64,000 nucleotides of DNA from Acidobacteriota bacterium. Lineage in GTDB: Bacteria; Acidobacteriota; UBA6911; RPQK01; JAJDTT01. The translations under genes and the position numbers were made by a program. Where the stretch lies: positions 352,001-416,000 of the forward strand of contig CBDCJH010000002.1 of the NCBI GenBank assembly GCA_965217775.1, in the 5' to 3' direction. This document shows positions 51,013 to 59,346 of the stretch, in pieces. The notes below the pieces were generated by a model. The model ran no database searches, was not told the DNA's origin, and worked only from the letters and a program-made list of their open reading frames with translations. The stretch's first letter is position 1. Each line of letters opens with the position of its first letter.

Positions 51013-53024
51013 CTCGGGTGGAGCCGGCATTCGCGGAGCTCATAGCGGTTGGGAAACCTGGCCGCCAGCTCCAGATTGTGGGTGACCACCATGAGAATCG
51101 TGCGCCGGCGCCGGTGCAGCTCCAGCAAGAGCTCGCTGACGGCTTCGGCCGACCGGCGGTCCAGATTGCCGGTGGGCTCGTCGCAGAGCAGCAGAAAAGG
51201 ATCCAGGATCAAGGCTCGAGCCAGGGCCGCACGCTGTTTCTCCCCACCCGAGAGCTCCCAGGGCCGATGCTCGAGACGATCGCCGAGACCCACCCGTTCC
51301 AGCAGGCCGCGGGCCTTCCGCACCTGTTCCCCGCCGTTGGACTCGGAGCGGGCGACCAGGGTCGGTATCAAGACGTTTTCCAGGACGGAGCATTGGGGCA
51401 GGAGGCAGTGGTCCTGGAAGACGAAACCCACCTGCCGGTTCCTGAATTGGGCCAGCTCCCGCGGCTCCAGCTCGAACGGATTCTGGCCCTCCAGCCGGAC
51501 GGTGCCGGCCGTGGGTGGCTCCAGAGCTCCCAGAATATGCAGCAGCGTGCTCTTGCCGCTCCCGGAGGGTCCCACGATCGACACCGCGTCTCCCCGGGAC
51601 AGGGACAACGACACGCCGGAGAGAACCGGCAGCGTGCCCCGGGGAGTGGCGTAGTCCTTGCTCAGGCCGCGGACCTGAAGTCCGCCCGGTCTCCGGGGCG
51701 AGCCGCCGCTCTTTGCAGCAGCGTGGCGGGACCCGGACGGGCTGGCCAGGCGCTCATAGGACCGTAGTGTGGCGGCCGCCATTTTTCGCGCGTCGTAATG
51801 CTCCCGCACGCCCTCCCGGCCGCGGCGGCCCAACTCCGCGGCCCGTTCCGGATCGCGGTGAAGATCCAGAATCCCCCGGGCCAGGTCCGCGGCGTCGTCC
51901 GGTTCCACCAGCAGACCGCCGCCGGTGGCCGCGATGATCTCCGGAAAGACGCCTCGCCGCGGCTGCACCACGGGAACGCCGCAGGCCTGCGCCTCCAGCG
52001 TGTAGATTCCCTTGGGCTCGTCGTAGCAGGTGGGGACCGAGAAAACGTCCAGTTCCTTGAGGAACCGGATCTTTTCCGCACGGCTCAGACAGCCCCGGTA
52101 CTGGAAGGAGTCCTCCAGGCCCCAGCGGCGCATTTTCTTTCTGATCCCACGCAGATAGCCGGAATGATCGGTGGTCGGGTCGCCTGCGACCAGGAGGCGC
52201 GTTTTTCCCGGACCCAACTCGCGGGCCACGCCGCGATAGGCATCGCAGAGCAGGTGCAACCCCTTCTCGGGAGCGATCCGGGCCAGGTATCCCACGTTGA
52301 AGGGGCGGGATGGATCGGGGCTGCGCGGCTGAAAGTCGTCGACGTGGATTCCCAGAGGAATCACGCCGACCTCGGAGCCGGGGATGCCCAGATAGTCCCG
52401 CATCACTCGTCCGTGGTAGCGGCTCACGGCGTGGAACTGATCGATGAATTCGGCGTTGGCCCGGATTCTCTCCCGAGCCTGAGACCGGTAGGGTTCCTTC
52501 AGCGCCTCCAGGAACAGGTCCTCTCCCTGGAGGGTGCAGCAGACGGGGCAGGAAAGGGCCTGCTTCAAGGGATGAGCCAGTCCGCTGAGCAGACTGTTTC
52601 CCAGGTGTACCAGGTCGGGACGGGGACGGGTTCGGAGCCAGCTGACGAGTTTTTCCAGCTCCTTGCGCTGGAAACCCGATTCTCCCCGGAGAACCGAAAT
52701 GGTGATCTCCCCCAGTTCGCCGGGATCGGTCTGAGCGCCCCAGCGCCCCGCCGAGTTCAACAGCCAGGACGAGTCCAGAATCCGATCCAGGTACCAGGGA
52801 GTGGATCGGAAAATGGAAAACCGCTGTTGCAGGTAGACGTTGACTCCACCGAAGAACGTGGTGCCGAGACTCACATTGGGTTCGTCGGTGACGGTCGGAG
52901 TGTAGAGGGGGACCAACTCGACGTCATGTCCCCGGGCAAGGAGGTCCGAGGCCAGGGTGTTGTCCCGAATGCAGGCGCCGCAGTACATGCCCGCGGCTCC
53001 CGCCGTGATGTACACGACCCTCAT
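51009..53024 (-). CDS. Fusion of a GT4 (GT-B) glycosyltransferase and a LolD-like ABC ATPase
   Basis: N-terminal MYCGAC, GYLARIAPEKG and EPKGIYTLEAQACGVPVV; short linker; C-terminal GPSGSGKST, LSGGEKQR, DEPTGNLD and VTH. No stop between the domains. Confidence 0.85.
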   Translation of the reverse strand: MRVVYITAGAAGMYCGACIRDNTLASDLLARGHDVELVPLYTPTVTDEPNVSLGTTFFGGVNVYLQQRFSIFRSTPWYLDRILDSSWLLNSAGRWGAQTDPGELGEITISVLRGESGFQRKELEKLVSWLRTRPRPDLVHLGNSLLSGLAHPLKQALSCPVCCTLQGEDLFLEALKEPYRSQARERIRANAEFIDQFHAVSRYHGRVMRDYLGIPGSEVGVIPLGIHVDDFQPRSPDPSRPFNVGYLARIAPEKGLHLLCDAYRGVARELGPGKTRLLVAGDPTTDHSGYLRGIRKKMRRWGLEDSFQYRGCLSRAEKIRFLKELDVFSVPTCYDEPKGIYTLEAQACGVPVVQPRRGVFPEIIAATGGGLLVEPDDAADLARGILDLHRDPERAAELGRRGREGVREHYDARKMAAATLRSYERLASPSGSRHAAAKSGGSPRRPGGLQVRGLSKDYATPRGTLPVLSGVSLSLSRGDAVSIVGPSGSGKSTLLHILGALEPPTAGTVRLEGQNPFELEPRELAQFRNRQVGFVFQDHCLLPQCSVLENVLIPTLVARSESNGGEQVRKARGLLERVGLGDRLEHRPWELSGGEKQRAALARALILDPFLLLCDEPTGNLDRRSAEAVSELLLELHRRRRTILMVVTHNLELAARFPNRYELRECRLHPR

Positions 53025-53196
53025 GGGAAGAAGATTACGCCGGGGCCGGTCCCCGCTGCAAGACATGAAAAAACCGGCGGGCGCGAATCATTTTCGCACC
53101 TATCTGAAATCCTGAACCAAAGCATCCAAGTGGGAGTTGGGAGGACTCCGAAGTCGCGCCAACTTGACGGTCCTCTGCGCATCATTGATTGAATAA

Positions 53197-53245
53197 TTTT
53201 CTATCGATAGTAAATGTCGGATTATATTTTACTATAGATAGTAAA
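53197..53245. promoter_or_regulatory. Tandem 18-bp palindromic operator candidates
   Basis: TTTTCTATCGATAGTAAA (53197-214) and TTTACTATAGATAGTAAA (53228-245). Each has one mismatch to the perfect palindrome TTTACTATCGATAGTAAA; spacing is 31 bp. Confidence 0.7.
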
Positions 53246-53390
53246 AAACATTCATTTGGGCGGAATTGGAAACGGCGGCTCTCCAACCGCCGGCCTACCG
53301 GCGCCAAACGACCGCGGTTTCCAATGCCGTGGAGACTTCATTGAAGGGCTGGTAACATGAGCACTCCTCGAACGTCTACCCGAACTTTGG

Positions 53391-56300
53391 ATGGAATCCA
53401 TGCCATTGGGACTGAAACCCAGAACCGAGTTGATCCTGATTCTCCTGCTCTGCGCAGGCGGCCCGCTTCGGGGCCAGACCGTCGAAGGGTCGCTGAGGCT
53501 GCTGATCGGGGACGGAACCGGCGCCGTGGCGGGAGCGGCCGCCGAAGCGGTGCAGGAAGAGACCAACCGGCGGCGGACCGGCGTCGCCGACCGGGACGGC
53601 CACCTGTTGATCCCGCTTCTCCCGTCCGGGACCTACCGTCTTGAAGTTTCCCACGCCGGCTACAGGAAGCATGTGGAGAAGTTCTCCCTGCGGGTCAACG
53701 AGCGGTTGGAGCTTCGAGTGACACTGCAGCCGGGTGAACTGACCGAAGAGGTGGTGGTCCTGGAGAGCCGGGGATGGCTCAAAAGGGACTCGCTGGCGCT
53801 GGGCAGCGTGATCGAGAACTCGCAGATCGCGGGCCTGCCTCTGGATGGGAGGAACTTCTTCGAGCTGAGCCTGCTGCTTCCGGGGAGTGCTCCGGCGGCG
53901 CCCGGATCGGCCGGTTCGGTCCGTGGAGACTTCGCGTTGAACATCAACGGACAGCGCGAGGCGTCCAACAGCTTCTTGTTGGACGGTGTCTACAACGGAG
54001 ACCCCAAGCTCAACGGCATCGGCGTCAATCCTCCCGTCGACGCCATCCGGGAGTTCGAAGTGCTCATGGGCACCTATGACGCCTCGTTCGGACGCAACGT
54101 GGGCAGTCAGATCAACGTGGTGACCAAGTCGGGCGGCAACCGGGTCCACGGTACCGTTTACGGTTTCTTCCGGAACGCGGCGCTGGATGCCCGGAACTAC
54201 TTCTCGTTGCCTCAGGGGCCTGACCCGGAGTATCGGCGAAGCCAGTTCGGGTTCTCGCTGGGAGGGCCCGTGGTCCCGAACCGGACCTTCTTCTTTGCCG
54301 ATTACGAAGGCCGGCGCGTTCGGCAGGGAGTCACCCGGGGCACCATGGTTCCCACTCTGGCCGAACGCTCCGGTGATTTTTCCGGCTCCTCCGGTCCGCT
54401 GCCGGTGAATCCTTTGACCCGCCAGCCGTTTCCCGGGAATGCGATCCCGTCCCCGTGGATTCATCCCACGGGCCACGCCATCGCTCAGCTCTATCCCGAC
54501 CCCAACCGGTCCGGGGAGGTTCCCAACTTCGTCTCCTCCCCCACCCTGCAGGATCGGGACGACCATTTCGACGTGAGAATCGATCACGCTGCGAGTCCAT
54601 CCTCGAATCTGGCCCTGCGCTACAGCTTCGGGGACCGGGACCTCTTCGATCCCTTTTCCGGTCCTCTCTTCTCAGCCGTGCCGGGATACGGAACCGATGT
54701 CCCGAGGCGGGCCCAGAACCTGGTCTTCAGCGAGTCGCATACCTTCACATCCCGGTTCCTGAATCAGGTGCGGTTCGCCTTCAACCGGGTTGCGGCCGGC
54801 GCTTTCCAGGAGAACATGGGCCGGAGCATCAACGGGGATGTGGGCTTGCCCGAGCTTTCCGACCGCCCCCGGGACCTGGGGATGAGCTTCATCACCGTCT
54901 CCGGATTTTCGTCCCTGGGGGACGAATACAACAATCCCCAGCACAGCGCTTCCGACACCTTTCAGATCCTGAACCATTCCACTTACGCCAGCGGCAAGCA
55001 TCTCTGGCAAGTGGGCGCGGACTTCCGGATCGTCCGGCAGGACGCCTACCGGGACGTCCAGTCCCGCGGCTTTCTCAACTTCGTGGGCCAGACCGGAATC
55101 ACCGGAAACGGCCTGGCCGATCTGCTGCTGGGTCTGCCCTCCCTGACGGGCGGAGCGCAGCTCGACAATCCCCAGCATCTGCGTAACCGGAGCTACAGTT
55201 TCTTCGTCCAGGACCATTTCAAGCTGAGGCCCAACCTGACGCTGGCTCTTGGGGTCCGCTATGAATACAACTCACCGCCCGTCGACAAGGACGATCGGGC
55301 CAACGTCTACGATCCGGAGAGCGGATCGCTGGTCGGTGTCGGAACCGGCGGCGTGCCCCGGGGAGGCTATCTGCCCGACCGGAACAACTGGGCTCCCCGG
55401 ATCGGCTTGGCCTGGGGACTTGATCGGGGTGGACGCACGGTGCTCCGGACCGGATACGGAGTCTTCTACGACCAGTCGCCCCTGGCGCCGGGGGAGGGCC
55501 TGTATTTCAATCCCCCGTATTTCGATTTCCGTCTTTTCTTCCCGCTGCCCGGGTTGCCGTTGACGCTGTATGACCCGTTTCCGAGGAACTACCCCTTTCA
55601 ACTGCCCCCTTCGGTCCTCTTCTACCAGCGGGACCTGGCCCAGGCCTACAGCCAGCACTGGAACCTGAATTTGCAGCGGGAGCTGGGAAGCCGCCAGATG
55701 ATCGAGGTGGGCTACGTCGGTTCCAAGGGGACCAAGCTCTTGACGGCGCGCGACTTCAACCAGCCGCGTCCCAGTCCCGTGTGGCCCAATCCCCGGCCGG
55801 TCCCGCAGTTCGACGACATCAACAAGCTGGAATCCCGCGGGAACTCCGGCTACCACTCGCTCCAGGCGAGGTTCAACCGCAGGTTGAGTTCCGGATTTTC
55901 GCTGCTTGCCTCCTACAGTTGGGCCAAGTCCATCGATGACTCTTCCAGCTTCTTCTCCAGCACCGGCGACCCCAACTTTCCCCAGGACAGTTGGAACGTC
56001 GGGACCGAGCGGGCTCGGTCCAACTTCGACCTGACCCACCGGCTTTCGGTGAGTTATTCCTGGGAGATTCCCATCGGCCGGGGGCGGTCCCTCCTGGGGA
56101 ACCTGGGGTGGTTTTCCACTCTGCTCGCAAACTGGCAGAGCTTCGGGATCCTGACCTTCCAGACGGGGCATCCGTTCACCGTGGCCCTGCTTCCGGAGAT
56201 CGACAACAGCAACACGGGACGATCGATTCTGGGTTTCGGAGCCAACGACAGGCCTCACCGGACCGGTACCGGAGCGATCTCCAACCCCGGCCCGGATCAG

Positions 56301-56585
56301 TGGTTCGACAGCCGGGCCTTCGTTTTCCCCCGCTACGGCAGTTTCGGCAACTCGGGAAGGAACATTCTCGAAGGGCCCGGATACGCGACGGTGGACCTTT
56401 CTCTGGTGCGGGATACGAGGATTTCCGAAGAGGCGACGGTTCAGTTCCGGGCCGAGTTCTTCAACCTCCTGAACCGGCCCAATCTGCACCTCCCGGATCT
56501 GTTTCTGGGCTCACCCACCTTCGGCCGGATCCTCTCGGCAGGCGAGCCCCGGCACGTTCAGTTGGGCCTCAAGCTGTTGTTCTGA
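53391..56585 (+). CDS. TonB-dependent receptor, Oar-like, with N-terminal carboxypeptidase-regulatory-like domain
   Basis: LPLDGRNF..L..LLPG, NSFLLDG, PPVDAIREF, NVVTKSG, NNWAPRIG and C-terminal PRHVQLGLKLLF. Confidence 0.92.
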   Translation: MESMPLGLKPRTELILILLLCAGGPLRGQTVEGSLRLLIGDGTGAVAGAAAEAVQEETNRRRTGVADRDGHLLIPLLPSGTYRLEVSHAGYRKHVEKFSLRVNERLELRVTLQPGELTEEVVVLESRGWLKRDSLALGSVIENSQIAGLPLDGRNFFELSLLLPGSAPAAPGSAGSVRGDFALNINGQREASNSFLLDGVYNGDPKLNGIGVNPPVDAIREFEVLMGTYDASFGRNVGSQINVVTKSGGNRVHGTVYGFFRNAALDARNYFSLPQGPDPEYRRSQFGFSLGGPVVPNRTFFFADYEGRRVRQGVTRGTMVPTLAERSGDFSGSSGPLPVNPLTRQPFPGNAIPSPWIHPTGHAIAQLYPDPNRSGEVPNFVSSPTLQDRDDHFDVRIDHAASPSSNLALRYSFGDRDLFDPFSGPLFSAVPGYGTDVPRRAQNLVFSESHTFTSRFLNQVRFAFNRVAAGAFQENMGRSINGDVGLPELSDRPRDLGMSFITVSGFSSLGDEYNNPQHSASDTFQILNHSTYASGKHLWQVGADFRIVRQDAYRDVQSRGFLNFVGQTGITGNGLADLLLGLPSLTGGAQLDNPQHLRNRSYSFFVQDHFKLRPNLTLALGVRYEYNSPPVDKDDRANVYDPESGSLVGVGTGGVPRGGYLPDRNNWAPRIGLAWGLDRGGRTVLRTGYGVFYDQSPLAPGEGLYFNPPYFDFRLFFPLPGLPLTLYDPFPRNYPFQLPPSVLFYQRDLAQAYSQHWNLNLQRELGSRQMIEVGYVGSKGTKLLTARDFNQPRPSPVWPNPRPVPQFDDINKLESRGNSGYHSLQARFNRRLSSGFSLLASYSWAKSIDDSSSFFSSTGDPNFPQDSWNVGTERARSNFDLTHRLSVSYSWEIPIGRGRSLLGNLGWFSTLLANWQSFGILTFQTGHPFTVALLPEIDNSNTGRSILGFGANDRPHRTGTGAISNPGPDQWFDSRAFVFPRYGSFGNSGRNILEGPGYATVDLSLVRDTRISEEATVQFRAEFFNLLNRPNLHLPDLFLGSPTFGRILSAGEPRHVQLGLKLLF

Positions 56586-56633
56586 AACCCGGATCCCGAC
56601 ATCAAACGGGACCAACCAAACCCGATCGTACGC

Positions 56634-56658
56634 ATAGGGGCACCCCTTGTGGGTGCCC
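56634..56658 (+). repeat. REP copy (duplicate at 57806-57830)
   Basis: ATAGGGGCACCCCTTGTGGGTGCCC, same family as 47485-47508. Confidence 0.75.
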
Positions 56659-56715
56659 TCTTTCCTAGGGGATGCTTTGCCTACGGAAAGTGCCTACGCC
56701 TACGCGCGCCTACGC

Positions 56716-56738
56716 GGAAAGGGACAGTCTCGATTCCC
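56716..56738 (+). repeat. 'Left' site copy 1
   Basis: GGAAAGGGACAGTCTCGATTCCC; also at 56904-56926, 57857-57879 (one mismatch) and partially at 59332-59345. Confidence 0.8.
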
Positions 56739-56754
56739 GGAACGGAACGGGAAC

Positions 56755-56890
56755 GAACAGTGGACCTTTGGCAAATGGATGGAAGTCCGGCGGACTTTCC
56801 GCACATTGGGAGGACAATTCAGTCTATTGGACGAGACAAGTGATCTGGGTCGTTCGGTGCCGCGGTGGCAGAATCGACGGACGGAGATCA
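56755..56890 (+). repeat. 136-bp duplicate of the region downstream of the transposase (57970-58105)
   Basis: Direct repeat at offset 1215 with two substitutions seen; contains the hairpin AAGTCCG-G-CGGACTT. Confidence 0.88.
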
Positions 56891-56903
56891 CGTACGCGCG
56901 CGC

Positions 56904-56926
56904 GGAAAGGGACAGTCTCGATTCCC
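56904..56926 (+). repeat. 'Left' site copy 2
   Basis: GGAAAGGGACAGTCTCGATTCCC, ending 9 nt before the start of the duplicated receptor fragment. Confidence 0.8.
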
Positions 56927-56935
56927 GCGCTTTGC

Positions 56936-57757
56936 CCGCGTCCCAGTCCCGTGTGGCCCAATCCCCGGCCGGTCCCGCAGTTCGATGACATCAACAAGCT
57001 GGAATCCCGCGGGAACTCCGGCTACCACTCGCTCCAGGCGAGGTTCAACCGCAGGTTGAGTTCCGGATTTTCGCTGCTTGCCTCCTACAGTTGGGCCAAG
57101 TCCATCGATGACTCTTCCAGCTTCTTCTCCAGCACCGGCGACCCCAACTTTCCCCAGGACAGTTGGAACGTCGGGACCGAGCGGGCTCGGTCCAACTTCG
57201 ACCTGACCCACCGGCTTTCGGTGAGTTATTCCTGGGAGATTCCCATCGGCCGGGGGCGGTCCCTCCTGGGGAACCTGGGGTGGTTTTCCACTCTGCTCGC
57301 AAACTGGCAGAGCTTCGGGATCCTGACCTTCCAGACGGGGCATCCGTTCACCGTGGCCCTGCTTCCGGAGATCGACAACAGCAACACCGGACGATCGATT
57401 CTGGGTTTCGGAGCCAACGACAGGCCTCACCGGACCGGTACCGGAGCGATCTCCAACCCCGGCCCGGATCAGTGGTTCGACAGCCGGGCCTTCGTTTTCC
57501 CCCGCTACGGCAGTTTCGGCAACTCGGGAAGGAACATTCTCGAAGGGCCCGGATACGCGACGGTGGACCTTTCTCTGGTGCGGGATACGAGGATTTCCGA
57601 AGAGGCGACGGTTCAGTTCCGGGCCGAGTTCTTCAACCTCCTGAACCGGCCCAATCTGCACCTCCCGGATCTGTTTCTGGGCTCACCCACCTTCGGCCGG
57701 ATCCTCTCGGCAGGCGAGCCGCGGCACGTTCAGTTGGGCCTCAAGCTGTTGTTCTGA
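56936..57757 (+). pseudogene. 5'-truncated duplicate of the TonB receptor 3' end (last ~273 codons)
   Basis: 56936-57862 matches 55764-56690 (offset 1172). Three substitutions found by eye, all synonymous. No native start. Confidence 0.9.
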
Positions 57758-57856
57758 AACCCGGATCCCGACATCAAACGGGACCAACCAAACCCGATCG
57801 TACGCATAGGGGCACCCCTTGTGGGTGCCCTCTTTCCTAGGGGATGCTTTGCCTAC

Positions 57857-59325
57857 GGAAAGGGACAGTCTCGATTTCCGGAACGGAACGGAACGGGAAC
57901 GGGGAACGAACGGGAACGCGGGAACGAACGGGAACGCGTTATAAGACTTGAGAATCCCGCCCGGAATCAGAACAGTGGACCTTTGGCAAATGGATGGAAG
58001 TCCGGCGGACTTTCTGCACATTGGGAGGACAATTCAGTCTATTGGACGACACAAGTGATCTGGGTCGTTCGGTGCCGCGGTGGCAGAATCGACGGACGGA
58101 GATCAGGCGAGTCTACGTGACAAATGCGTGCGAGCGCTGCTCCCGCAGGGAAAACAGCACTCCGCCCAGTTGGGGGATGGGGTGTCGGCGACGCCGATAT
58201 CGACCTTGCTTTCGATACGTCTCCAGCAGTTGCGCCACTTTCTCTGCCGGACCGACGGCCAATCCGTCCGTCAGAAATCGCAAACGACGGCGAAAGGCTC
58301 CGGCACGGGTAAATCCACGTCGCTGCTCCTGATGGAGGATCCACCGGGGGATTGCGGCCTGGTTCTCCCGGGTGGGGACGGCTCCTCGATAGTACAAGCG
58401 AGCCCGGTAACTCCTGTACACGTCGGTTCCGGGATCCGAGGGGAACAGTTCCTCCAATGGAATCAGGTCGTGATCCTTGCCGGTGAGTCTCCAGCGGGCT
58501 GAGCCCCACTTCCATTGCTCGGGCCGCTTGACCAGTCCGGCTCGGACGGCGTTGAGCTCCACGTAAAGAATGGCGTCTTGGACCGCTTCGGTTCCCAATA
58601 GTTCCGGGTTCTTGAAACGTTCACTCCAAAAATGGCCTCGCCGTCGAAACTGGTGGTTGAACCACACGGCATACAGCCCGTCCACGTTCTGCATCAGTTT
58701 CGACACGTCAAAGAGACGCTGGTTGAAAGCCTTCCATTGGGCGACGGTCCAATCGGCGGTTTTCTTCTCTACCTTTCGCCCATAAAGCTTGTCGGCGCTC
58801 TCCATCAACTCCTTGCGGGACAAGGAGCGAGGCTTCTCAAAATGGACGACGAAGTGGAAGTGATTGCCCATGATCTGAAACGCGGCCAAACGACACCGGT
58901 AGACACTAACGTAGAACAACATCATGTCTAGGAGTTTGCGACGGGCTCGCCGGTCTTCGAAGGGGAACCAATCGGTCCAGCCAGTGACTCGATTGGTGAG
59001 GTGATAGAAGGCGGCTTCCTTGCTTTTGTGTCGCGCGGTTCGGGGCATGGGCACGGTCCTCGGTTCACCGGACTCGGACTAGCAGGGGAGTCGGAGTCGG
59101 ATCACCCTCTCACCCTCTGATGACAACAACGATTCAGAACTGAGAAAAGCGAAGGAGACTAAAGTAATTCAGCACATCTCGCGTTTCCGGGAGCAACGGA
59201 GGCAATTCGACCAAGTGACCACCTAAGTCGTCATGGCAGCCGAAGGAGCCGGCACCTTTGTGGTCTGATCTGCCCCTGCCGTTCCTGCCGTTCCTGCCGT
59301 TCCAGAACAACAGACTGTCCCCTTC
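57857..59325 (-). mobile_element. Y1/HUH transposase unit bounded by imperfect inverted end sites
   Basis: Left AAGGGACAGTCT-N8-GGAACGG (from 57860). Right, read on the minus strand, AAGGGGACAGTCT-N8-GGAACGG (59323-59296). The two enclose the transposase gene. Confidence 0.65.
58113..59048 (-). CDS. Y1 (HUH) tyrosine transposase, REP-associated (RAYT)-like
   Basis: MPRTAR start, YHLTNR, IMGNHFHF (HUH), GHFWSERF, YVELNAVRAGLV (catalytic Tyr region) and WKWGSA. Confidence 0.88.
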   Translation of the reverse strand: MPRTARHKSKEAAFYHLTNRVTGWTDWFPFEDRRARRKLLDMMLFYVSVYRCRLAAFQIMGNHFHFVVHFEKPRSLSRKELMESADKLYGRKVEKKTADWTVAQWKAFNQRLFDVSKLMQNVDGLYAVWFNHQFRRRGHFWSERFKNPELLGTEAVQDAILYVELNAVRAGLVKRPEQWKWGSARWRLTGKDHDLIPLEELFPSDPGTDVYRSYRARLYYRGAVPTRENQAAIPRWILHQEQRRGFTRAGAFRRRLRFLTDGLAVGPAEKVAQLLETYRKQGRYRRRRHPIPQLGGVLFSLREQRSHAFVT

Positions 59326-59346
59326 TTTTTGCAGTCTCGATTCCCC

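Noticed and set aside
56672-57757. Functional 361-aa receptor-like protein
   Set aside because: The N-terminus is translated repeat/site DNA with no signal peptide or plug domain; treated as a truncated duplicate.
55764-58105. Diversity-generating retroelement (duplicated gene 3' end plus AAC-rich tract)
   Set aside because: No reverse transcriptase in the window. The differences between copies are C/T, G/C and C/G, not adenine-specific, and the repeat is far longer than a typical TR/VR.
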